Below are positions 1 to 12,100 of a stretch of DNA of 64,000 nt, in pieces. Source of the stretch: Mytilus trossulus. Taxonomy: Eukaryota. The notes under the pieces were generated by a model, which worked only from the letters and a program-made list of their open reading frames with translations, was not told the origin of the DNA and made no database searches. How positions within the stretch are numbered: the first letter of the stretch is position 1; each line of letters starts with the position of its first letter. The stretch is from the NCBI RefSeq assembly GCF_036588685.1, contig NC_086376.1, positions 36,146,001 through 36,210,000 on the forward strand. The letters are read 5' to 3'. A program made the position numbers and the translations under genes.

Positions 1-171
1 TATGGTAATTAAATCCCATACACTTATATTCTTTATCACATGCCCTAGCACAGTCATCCATATCTGCAGTATTGGATGCAGTGATCCTGTCACCAGGTAA
101 AACACTTGCACTGGTATTAAAATTTGGTCTAAACTGTTTGGTACATATTTCATGTATTTCCTCTTCAGATT
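1..171 (-). CDS. A2M-like exon 21 (partial), PAN/apple domain: ...ICTKQF...DMDDCARACDKEYKCMGFNYH
   Basis: C-x3-C-x5-C-x-G-F-N-Y core typical of PAN/apple domains; ttttctttag acceptor, phase 1; open to the window edge. Confidence 0.85.
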
Positions 172-3100
172 CTAAAGAAAACACAACAAAAATAATATTT
201 AGCTATTAGTAAGGCTTAAACAAACATCTATAATTAGTTGTGAAGACATGTCTGTCAAACTATAATGAAAAAAGTTTTTTTATTCTATGAAAACTTATAC
301 TGTGGATTCATTTATTTTCGTGGGTATCCATTTTCGTGGATGGTTGAAAACTTGCGTATTCGTGGATATTTGATTTCGTGGTTTTGACCTTCTCTGTCAA
401 AAATATATACCTTATCATATATTAAATGAAAAAAAACCAGACCTATAGGTATATTTGGATATTTTTATCTTCTGATACATTAGAGTTTACAGAAATTTTG
501 AGGTCCTGCTCATTTTACGTTTTGGTTTAGAAGCAACGCAGTCGCAATAATCACACATTGCTTTTTCAATAAATTCTTCACTCTTCATTTTGCCAGTGCT
601 ATTTGCCCCTTTTATAACTCTAATTATGAAGAAATTTCAATTTGAAAAGACAATAGATAATGTTTTATCAGATAATTGTAGTAACACTTCAGATAGTATC
701 ACTTTTACTGAGTTTACATTAATTAAAAACTGATTTGTCACGCTGACACTATGCTATGGAATTTCTTCTAATGTTTCATGCATGCAACCTTTCAATGTTA
801 ATGAGGTGGAAATGTCAAAATGATTGGATTTATTGCTCTTATATCTAACCTCAGTAGAAATACCACATTGAATAAATAGAGTTTAATTGGTTTGACAAAT
901 AGCTGATGCATTTACGACTGTGGTTTAACCGCATTAAAAATAAACAGGAACATTTGATTAGTTTCAGATACTTATAATATATATCCAGCAAGTAATAATA
1001 TCAACCTATTGATATATTTAATCTGAATTTCTCACCCTTTTCATATATCATGAAGCATGAAATAGTGACCTATTCCAGCGGCTCATCCCTACCAGTCATT
1101 ACATAGGAAGTGGCCCCCCCGAGTTCTCTGTATACAAAGCCTATTAGAAATATGTATTTCGTTGAACATTTGATTTCGTGGTTCACCTGTACCCACGAAA
1201 CCCACGAAAATTGGTATCCAACGAATAATAATGAATCCACAGTTATACAATACATCAAGTTTGTAGTTACACGTGGGACTAGATAAAGTGTGTCAAGTGT
1301 CTATATGTAACAAAATGTACAGTGTGTATGTGCTTGTACATGTAATATAATAGTGTGTTTGTAATTGTAATGTAACAGTGTGTGTGTGCTTGTACATGTA
1401 ATATAACAGTGTGTATGTGCTAGTACATGTAATATAACAGTGTGTTTGTGCTTGTACATGTAATATAACAGTGTGTATGTGCTAGTACATGTAATATAAC
1501 AGTGTGTATGTGCTAGTACATGTAATATAACAGTGTGTTTGTGCTTGTACATTTAATATAACAGTGTGTATGTGCTAGTACATGTAATATAACAGTGTGT
1601 ATGTGCTTGTACATGTAATATAACAGTGTGTATGTGCTAGTACATGTAATATAACAGTGTGTATGTGCTAGTACATGTAATATAACAGTGTGTTTGTGCT
1701 TGTACATTTAATATAACAGTGTGTATGTGCTAGTACATGTAATATAACAGTGTGTATGTGCTTGTACATGTAATATAACAGTGTGTATGTGCTAGTACAT
1801 GTAATATAACAGTGAATATGTGCTTGTACATGTAATATAACAGTGTGTATGTGCTTGTACATGGAATATAACAGTGTCTATGTGCTAGTATGTTTACTAT
1901 AACAGTGTGTATGTGTTTGCTTTTGTTGTTTGTATACCCAAGTATGTGCAAGGATCTGCAAAAAATAGAATATTTCCTTCAAATGAAGAGAATTTATTGA
2001 GTCATTTTCTAAAGAATGTACAGACCTTTGTTCTCCGGACATAGAGTGTCATATGAGTCTAGCATCATGGATACACTTTGTATTTCTGTAGATTCTTTAC
2101 AGTCATTCCAATAGGGCTCAATACAGGTCTTCAGGTCAGTAAATTTCCTTTAAAAAAAAAAAAAAAAATTTTTTTTTTTTTAAAGTCATATGAAACTTGA
2201 AATTAAAAAAAAAGTTTAATATGTTTCATATGCAAGGATCCGGAAATTTTTTCACCTAATTTCGGTCATTTTCATACAACTTAAAAGTTGATACCCCTTT
2301 TTAAAAGATGATTGCCAAAATCACATTACTGCATGAGACTCATTATGAGTATGCTCATACTCGATCGTCATGTTCGTAGCATCAACAAACTTGTTTCACA
2401 GTTGCATCGCATTTACTTCATGATTTGTCCTACCATTTTCCAAAAATTGATCAAGGGCAATTAAGGGAAGGCAGCAGTCTAAAAATAAATGATTTTAATG
2501 ACTCAAAACGATAATATTCCCAGTTATCGCTTACGTTTCTTTCGATTCTGAAGTCAAAATTCAAACCAGATATTCTGCGACAATACTAAAACGAACAATT
2601 CCGGACTCATTTCTGGGATTAGTTTTGTTTATCCAAATCGCAGGAAATCATCGGCTTTTTAATATTTTATCTTTAATAGGGTAAGAATATTAATTAAAAT
2701 AGTTGCACTGGCTTTATTTAGGATGAAATTATTTAAAATTTACGATTAATTGTCTAAATCTGTGGAAGAGAATTTCAAGCATGCGTATTACATAGTAAAC
2801 AAAGCACGTGTGTTAGAAGTAATAAAATATTTTTTTCTACAAAATTAAACCAAGTTTTAATTTGATTTTAAATCATAATTGACAATTGTCTGACTTGTTG
2901 AGTAATTAAATATTGAAGCCAGTTGGTATGGAATTTTTATTTCTTTATAATAATAGTTTGGAGCTTGTGATTAATTGCCAGGTGGGAATTACAATGAATT
3001 AAAAACACAGGTAAAGAGATTAACAATCATTAGCCAATAGCTCCCGGAGGCATTAATATAGTTATTAGGAGGGCCCTCAGGATTATAACACTTTATTGGA

Positions 3101-6100
3101 GTGGCAGTTTAATTACAGGAAATCGATAACTAAACAAAAATATGTTCAAAATGGTGATTTTGAAAGTCGATGTCAACGAAATGACCGAAATGATTAATGT
3201 AGAAAAATAAAATTTGACCTAAATCCCAATTAAAAGTTTAGGACATTATAGTTTCAGTTTAGGACATGACTGGCAAATATGACCGTTTCCGGGCCCTTGT
3301 TCATATGCTAGAATGGCTAAGTTTTACAATTAAGCAAGTAAATCAAGATCATGTTCTTGGATTAATTTGCACTTCTCATGAGTGTAAATTGGAACCACAC
3401 ATTTTTAATATCCTATGGGATAAAATTAAAATCCTACAGGATTTATAATCCTGTGCGATTTTCAAAAAAAGTGTTAAATCCAATATGATTTTTTTTATCC
3501 TATAGGATTATCATTAAGGACTTTCTCTCTCAAGTAGGATATTTTTTCTGCTACCAGATTTTTTTTCTCTCCCTAAGGATTAATCTTGTCCTGTTCTCAG
3601 TTAGGATAAACTTTTTCCTATAGGATTATTTTTTTCCCTCATAGGAATAAATTTGGATACATGTCATCTTAGATGATTTTGTCCGTTTTGTTGGTATTTT
3701 ACAAACGCTTACAATACGATTGTCAATGCAAATAATTGTGTAGTCCAGAATAAGGAACATCACAAAACAATAGGAAAGATATTCCTTTAATAGCAAATGA
3801 GTTCATAAGGAATTTATTTAGTCCTTAAGGGAAGTATATTTTTAATCTCATAAGGGATTTATATCCTGTAGAATATAATAATATCCTATGGAATTGTGAC
3901 TTTATCTTTTAGGATTTCTCATAATCCTGCAGGATTTTTAAAAATCCTATGGGAGAAAATATATTCTACAGGATTTTGTCACTGTTTTCACTCCAGTTGT
4001 CGAACCAGGCCAGCAACACCAAAAAAAATCAAAACTGTCAAGCATCATAAAAAAGAAAAGTTTATTTTGAAAACAAATGTCCTTTCTTTAAGAAACTTAC
4101 TTGCAAATTTGTAGCATAGAATTCCCTTCTAATTTAATCATTGGTGCCATACATTTAGACAATTCAACCATGTCACATTTACTTTCTGTAAATAGAAAAC
4201 AACATATGATTGATTTATATCAAGTTGGACATACTTATCTCTGGTGTAGAGTATTCTAAAGTAGGGGTCAAATAAAAAATGTGAATAAAAGGAGAACTAA
4301 GATTAATATGGCTTACATAAAAACCAAACGAAAGGTTTTAAAGTGCTTTAGATTAATTTTTACAAATAAAGAATTTGAGAAAAGACAAATAAAAAATGTG
4401 AATAAAAGGAGAACTAAGATTAATATGGCTTACATAAAAACCAAACGAAAGGTTTTAAAGTGCTTTAGATTAATTTTTACAAATAAAGAATTTGAGAAAA
4501 GACTAAGTTTTATTTAAAACAAAGGGAAAAGCTAGTTAATATTGCATTCAGTATAATATAATCTACAATTTGAACATTTTTCCTTTGATCTTAATGCATA
4601 TATTCTTAGTGTGAAACTGTTGACAAAAATGAAGTCATTATTTCTGTTCAAAATAGCATTGGAGAATTTTATGACAAAACATTTTAAGTTTATCTAACAT
4701 ATTGAAAGATTCAAAGTATCAGCCCTCAGGAAGCAGGTATCTGCCAGAGCAAATATTCTGGACATGTTAAAACACATCGCTAGCCTCAATCCTAGAGTTG
4801 AGGTATAATAATATTCTCCAAAAAATAGGACTTCATGAATAACTTATATTTTCCAGAGTACTTATTTTGACAAAACTGTGTAATAAATATTAAATACATT
4901 GATGATACAAAAATATATACACAACCTAAAACAAACTCAACTTACTACACATAGAATTGTATGTCAACTTACTACACATAGAATTGTATGTCAACTTACT
5001 ACACATAGAATTGTATGTCAACTTACTACACATAGAATTGTATGTCAACTTAGTACACATAGAATTGTATGTCAACAATTGTATGTCAACTTACTACACA
5101 TAGAATTGAATGTCAACTTAGTACACATAGAATTGTATGTCAACATAGAATTGTATGTTAACTTACTACACATAGAATTGTACATATCTTCTAAAGATGA
5201 TACACTGATGAGTTGTTCCTTACAGCTGGTACGATAAGGCTTGATACATTCGTCAAAGGTTTCATATGTCCTACACAAATAAAAAAGATACATTTAATCA
5301 TCTATAAAATACTTCTATCACCTAATGTGTGTCTCTTGATTCTGTATAAGCTGCTCCTAGATATTTCAACCTCAAAAAACAAGGCTGGGATTTGGAAGTT
5401 GCAAAAGTTGACAATTGAATGGAAACCATTAAGTGGTAGACCTTCGAAGGGACAGAACTCTTATAAACATTTGTATTTTAGTGTCAGATGTTTAATCGAA
5501 GATTCTGATTAATAGAAGTTATTTAAATTTTGTATAAAACTAAATATAACAAATGTATCACTAATAAATAAGAGTTATCTCCCATAGCCCAGGTCTAACA
5601 TACAATTACAATTTGGAAAGTTCATTTTTTTCCATCAGTTTCTCAACAATATAAAATCTACGGAAAAACAAGTTCATCTAAGCACTTTTCTTCCTAGTCC
5701 TTTCTAGAAGATATTCTGCTTTATAAAAGAAGCACAAAAAGATTGTAAAATAAAGTTTTTTTCTTCATTTTGTCACTGCAAAAAATGACATCTTATTTGT
5801 TCTCACATGTATTAGGTAGTATGGTCCTTTGATTTCATTGTATACACATCTTGTGTGAAAAGTGTCATTCTAGCAAATAGTTTTCATACATCTATATCAA
5901 CTGTTTTAAGGTGGATAGTTGTATCGTAGCAATCATACCACATTTTATCTTTATACTTATAACAATTAACCTCCAAAACTGAAATCTCTAACTAAAATCT
6001 TGGTAAAATTATAATCTGATTTCAGTGTGTTGCTGTGCAGTGCAGTTTTGCTCATTTGTAAAAGCGGAATGGTAACCTAGAGTTGATAACTTCTCCTTCT

Positions 6101-9100
6101 TTTGGTCTCCCATGGAGAGTTGTAACATTAACAATCAAACCTCATATTTTTACTTTAATATTTCACTCACTGGCACATCTCTTTAACATTTCCTGGGTTG
6201 ATTCGGGAGACTGGCATCATACAAGCCTGTAAAGCCATCATATCACATGGACTATTTAGGGCTATAAAAAAGAGGAAAAGAAACAGGTGAAATACTTAGG
6301 AAAAATATGTTTATTAGCCTTGTACATCTATGGCTGGACACGGCTAAAAAGAATGAAATAATCTTGTAAATTACAAAAGTTTATTTAAACATAGGACAAT
6401 TTTTAAATGGAGAGGGAAGATGGCGGGTGGGGGTACACTTAATATCAACTATCTAAAATTCAAACTGATAGATCATGTGCTAGGTACATAATGGATCTTT
6501 GGAACCCATATTAGGTATCCCTAATTCAATACACAGTAAATATCTGTGTAATATATACAAAGGATGCCTTCTTTATAGATGTTTGCAGCAGAACACATTT
6601 CTTGAATGAGCAAATTTGATTGTCCAGTGCAGATATCACATACAATGTTTTCTGAAAACTAAAAAAAACACTATATTTTGAATAACCAGGAAGCATAATT
6701 ATTTGGAATTGCTGTAATAAAGCATTCCAATACTACCTCTTCTCCCACATATTGACCAACCCTTTTATAGAGCATTACAATTTCTGGCACATCTATAAAT
6801 ATACAATTTTCAAAACAGTGGTCAAAAGTGTCAAATACGTTCAAAGTAGTCATAGTACATGTTTTTGTCAGTGTATTTTGAAGACTCATGGTTTATATAT
6901 GTTACAAGCATTTTTTTTAATTCAGGCATTATGTAAAATGACTAAAAATACCTAGTTATTTTGAGAAATGACTGAAATTTTGATACATAGTTCAGCAAAT
7001 TGCCTGTTCTGTCTCAGGTAACCTGTTAATAAATTACTTGTCATTGAGATGCATCTGACCAAAAACACTATATATTGCAAAGAAAATTACTTATCATTTG
7101 TATTAACTTGTTATCAAGTATTATCTTTTCGAAAACAAGCTTAACAAACTACTTACATTTTTCAGGCATTTTACAAAATACCTTAATTTAGAAAATGCCA
7201 GGAACTTATACATTAAAAGGTTATAAGCAATGAATTCCACACAAAAATAAAATACAATATTTTTTTCTTCATTCAAAAATCAATTAAGGCAGAATAAAAT
7301 AAATGGAGAATGTGTCCCAATGGACACAGATGATGAACCTGCTTGCATAAAACATTATAAAGGGACATAATTAAAAAACAATAAAAGTTACGCTATCCAA
7401 ATTTGTACTTCATCTGAGTTTTATGGAAATAAGTATTGTGGTACAGGTTTCATAATGTTTGGATGGGGCAAACTTAAGTTACAGAACTGAAACTAAAAAT
7501 TTGGCAAATTTTCCATTTGTAAAGGGGCATAACTTGATAAAAGTTTAAGTGACTCCACCAAGATTCAAATTATCTGCGTTTTGTGATAATGAGCATTGTG
7601 TATAATTTTCATAACTTTTAGTTGAGGCAAACTTAAGATAGAAAACAGAAACTAAAAATTATGTAATTTTTCCATTTATGAAGGAGCATAACTCAAGAAT
7701 GGTTAAAGTGACCCCACCAAAATTCATGTTGGATCTGTATTATGAGGTATAAGTATTGTGTATAAGTTTCATAACTTTTGGTAGAGAACCTCAAGGTAGA
7801 GAACAGAAACAAAAAATTATGCATTTTTTCTATTAATAAAGGGGCATAACTCTAGAACAGTTAAAGTGATGCCACCAACATTCAAACTTGTGCAATGTTT
7901 TGTGGTAATAAGCATTGTGTATAAGTTTCATGTCATTTAGTTGAGGCAAACTCAAGTTAGAGAATGGAAATAAATTTTAGGATGTCAGACGAGGGTAAAA
8001 CTTAATGCCCCATCCGCTTTGAAATAATTATGTTTTTATATTTACTGTTTATAACTAGTCTGGCAACAGCCTCCACTTCTCCAACTAGATTTTCAGCAGC
8101 ACAAACATAAATGCCAGCATCCTGTCTAGTAACATTTTCTAAGCGTAAGGTATGATTTTCTACTGTAGTTTTAGGACCGACAGTCTTTGTCGTAAAAGTT
8201 GAAGAAAAAACACTGATTTCCCCTCCCTCTTTCTTCCAAATTACTAGCAACCCTGCGTCTCCAGCAACTCCACATACAAACTCTACAGTCTGTCCTTCTG
8301 TGGTCGTAATATCATTAGGAAATCTCTGAATAGTAGGCTTTCTCATTACTAAAACAAAAAGAGAATCATTTTACTGGAATTTATTTTTATCAAATATAGT
8401 TCACAAGAGATCTTTTATCAATTTTGGTAGATTTATCCATAACTATAAAACAAAAAAGTTTTGAATTTGAAATCTTGACGATTTTGGATGTCAATTTCCC
8501 TGTCAGACATTTATAACTTTTAACACACAATTGATTAAAATTTTGGTTATATAAATTTAGAAACAGACCCAGGGTTTTTAAATTAGTACTTTTTTCTTGT
8601 GTCTTTTCACTGCACAGCACACATGAAATCCAACGAATGAGGTATTAATTTAGCATGGCCTAACCTATACCTTCCATTGGTATAAATTTTATTCCAAAAT
8701 ATTCAATAAATTAGGATCATGTGAATGCAATAAAGTCTCTATTCCTATAAAGGGGTATATTAACCTATATCTCTTTTTTTTCTTCTTAACATAGATTCCT
8801 CATTTTCCTCTTTAATAGATCGCTTCTCCTTTTGGGTCAAACCTGAAAAAAATCCACCAATTAAAAAAACTACTCCACTAGAAAAGGAATTGCAAGCTAT
8901 AAACTTTCATCAACCTTACCATAAAGTTATTTGATCTTTTTTTACAACTGCATTTAAAAAGAAAAGATTTTATGAGATCCAATTTTGGCCCCTTTTATAT
9001 ATTTCTGGCCAAATTTCATTTGGACTTTACTGTCAATTATCACATCGAATCATGTTTTAAACAAGTCTCTATTGTGAACATTTTCAAATCAGCATTCCTT

Positions 9101-12100
9101 TTTAGGAGTTATGACATAACAGCTATTAATATAAATGTCAGATTTTCATCAATTTCAATATACAAGTGGCTCTTGGTTTATTCATGGCAATTACATGTAA
9201 AGAAAATACAAGTATTTGCTAATTAGCAGCAAGTGCATTAGAGATTGAAGCTGAAAAGGTATCCTTCAGTATAGTATATGGGACAATACCCCTAATGCGC
9301 CTTGAAATGAGGAACACAAAAGTCACGTGTAAACAAAAATCTCTGTGTAGTGATATTTGACACATTTTTATGATAAACAAATGACTGAGCTGAACCATTA
9401 GTGTTAATTTAGAAAGTAAGGGAACACAGAATAAATGTGTAAAAACCATGGAGCTACTAAATGTGTTCAAAGTATAAAAATTTCAAAGAACTTATTGTGT
9501 TAAAAATGGGATTTTTTACCATGAGGAGCCACATCGCAAAAGGATACTCGGGGTTTGCTAAATTACGGAAAAAATGAATCACACTTCGTACCCTGAAAAT
9601 TTAACCACATATGTAAAAATGTCTCAGCTTCGAACCAAGCCATCATACATATACAAGTTTAAGATATGGGCTGAGCAACAGAAAAAAACGTTACCATTAC
9701 GGCCTATGGAGAAACAATTGCGCATATTGCCCCATATGCTTACATGAGTCTTAAAACCATATTTTAGAAAGCTCTGTTTGTAGTTTGATTTGACTGTAGA
9801 TAATGAGAAAAACGTGACAAAAATTTTATAGGTCTGCCTGGTAATCACAAGGTCAAAAAGAGGTAATTAACCTGTATATTTACCTCCCCCTCCTTTTAGG
9901 GTTTTATAAGAAAATTATAATTGATAGTATTTACCTTTCTAATTATTCCATACTGTGTTCTTCATTCTTTATTCATTCTTCATGCATTCATCATTCCTGT
10001 TAGACTCTAGGGTACCAGTTAGTTCTAATGCACTGCATATTCTGATATTTACCATATACTTTTTTGCACATGAATCATGCATCAGTTTGAATTTTAGATA
10101 AGTGTGAATACTAATGAGTTAACATAATAGGGTATTCATACATTTACATAATAATAATGTAATAGATAAGGATGCATGACGATAAAAGGGATATTTTCAA
10201 CAAAACTCATGACACTGCAAATTCAGATATTATTGCAAGGTTTTATTAACATAAATAATGACACTGGGTGAGTACTGCAATAATAAAACCTCACATCATG
10301 ATATCTATTGCATATTCTGTGTACAATTTTCCTAATTGCAAAAATATTGCATCTTTGTATATATTTCAAAAAAAGGTATCAATAAATACAAGCAAAAATT
10401 TCTGAATTTACAGTATTCAATTATATACCATTTTTTATACCCTCATTTAAGGAGCATAAAAATTTTGATAAAATCTTGAAACACATATTTAAAAGAATTT
10501 CAAGAACTGAAAGTTAGAAAGACCATGCCTTTATTGAATGGAACTACCATAAATCACACTTAAAAAAAAAAGTTTGTCGAAAGGTATCAAGCTTATTTCG
10601 TTTGTTGATTAAATATGAAATATGTATTACTATAATTTTTTGAAAATCAATTGCAGAACAGTTTTTAATATTTATAGTATGTAACTAACATAATTGTAAA
10701 TCTTAGTATACAGTAAGAATCAAATGTGTTATTTTTGTTGGGGAGTTCCTGTCAATATAGTACTTGTATGGTAAGACAGTACATGATTATTATATCAGTA
10801 TAAACAAAGATAAATATACATATAGAAATGAGTTATTAAACATTAACTATACCCTAATTCATCATAATTGAATAGGTACACAAAAAACATACCCATAGTT
10901 TTGTCTTCTCTTGGTTCTGGCTCCTGTTAAGATTAACATATTATTATTTCAAATATAATTTACTGTAATTTCGAGAATATATATGTATGCTCTTTAAAGC
11001 ACTGGAAAGAACTACATGTATTCACTTGAATGGCATTCGATCTATGTAATGTGTTATGGAGTGAAAAATTTGTGGGTATTTACAAAACAAAACCTTTTAA
11101 AATCAAGCAAAATGGAAGGGATTTTTTTTCTGTACGCTAAAATTAAAGCGGATCTGACCTCATTTACAATCATCAAAGGGATTAGTTTAAAAAAATACCA
11201 ACTTTGGTAAAGACTGATTTCATTGGAAGGAAATGATATATATGTTAGGGAAATAAAACTATTTATATGTTTTTAAAACCTGTTACTTTGAAATTGTGTT
11301 ACCTAAATAGATTAAACAAAATACCTTTATTCTGATGTAAGCGTAAGAAATGCAATTGGGAACAGATGATGACCCCGCTAGCATATAATGTTGTTAAGGG
11401 ACATAACTAAAGAACTGTAAAAGTGATACTACCAAAATTTGAAATTAAACAGGAGTTTTGTGGTAAAAAGCATTATATATACATTTCATAACATTTAGTT
11501 GAGACAAACTTAAGTTAGAGAAAGGAAATGAAAAGTTGCTGAATTTTTCCCATTTGTAAAGGGGCACAACTCTAGAATGGTAAGAGTGACCTCACCAAAT
11601 TTCAAAATGACATGTGTTTTGTGATAATTAGTAATGTGTATAAGTTTCATAACATTTGGTTGAGGCAAACAAAAGTTAGAGAACGGAAATCAATTTGGGA
11701 CATACGTACATACAGACAGACAGACATACTTGCGTACAGACGGACAAGGGTAAAACTTACTGCCCCTTCCACTACATTAGCATAAAATTGTAAACTTATT
11801 TGAAATACAACTGAAAAGGTTATACACACTGTCGAAGGCAATATTGACCTATAGATGGTCACATATACATCATTTGGTTACTGGTGGATAGTTGGTCTCA
11901 TTGGCAATCGTATCACATCTCCCCAGTTTATGTCTTTATTTTGAATGTTACATAACTTACTGGTTTTACTGTCGCATCATCTCCATCTACAATAAAATAA
12001 GATACTTAAGAACACAGATTAAAGCATGGCAAAATATATCCCATCCAATACTGTATAATTTCAAACTGATACTATTTTTTATTGAACTGTAAATAATGTA

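Noticed and set aside
1301-1951. His/Tyr/Thr-rich ORFs and CRISPR-like regular spacing
   Set aside because: Translation of a 31-bp minisatellite; no unique spacers; eukaryotic context.
4281-4517. Basic 78-aa ORF with an internal repeat
   Set aside because: Product of a 117-bp intronic tandem duplication, possibly even an assembly artefact.
8002-8346. Ig ORF as a stand-alone single-exon gene or Robo-like fragment
   Set aside because: No signal peptide; it has phase-1 splice sites at both ends that fit the A2M-like exon chain.
9935-9996. Exon-like segment with AG and GTAAAT boundaries
   Set aside because: Stop codons in all three frames from the main acceptor.
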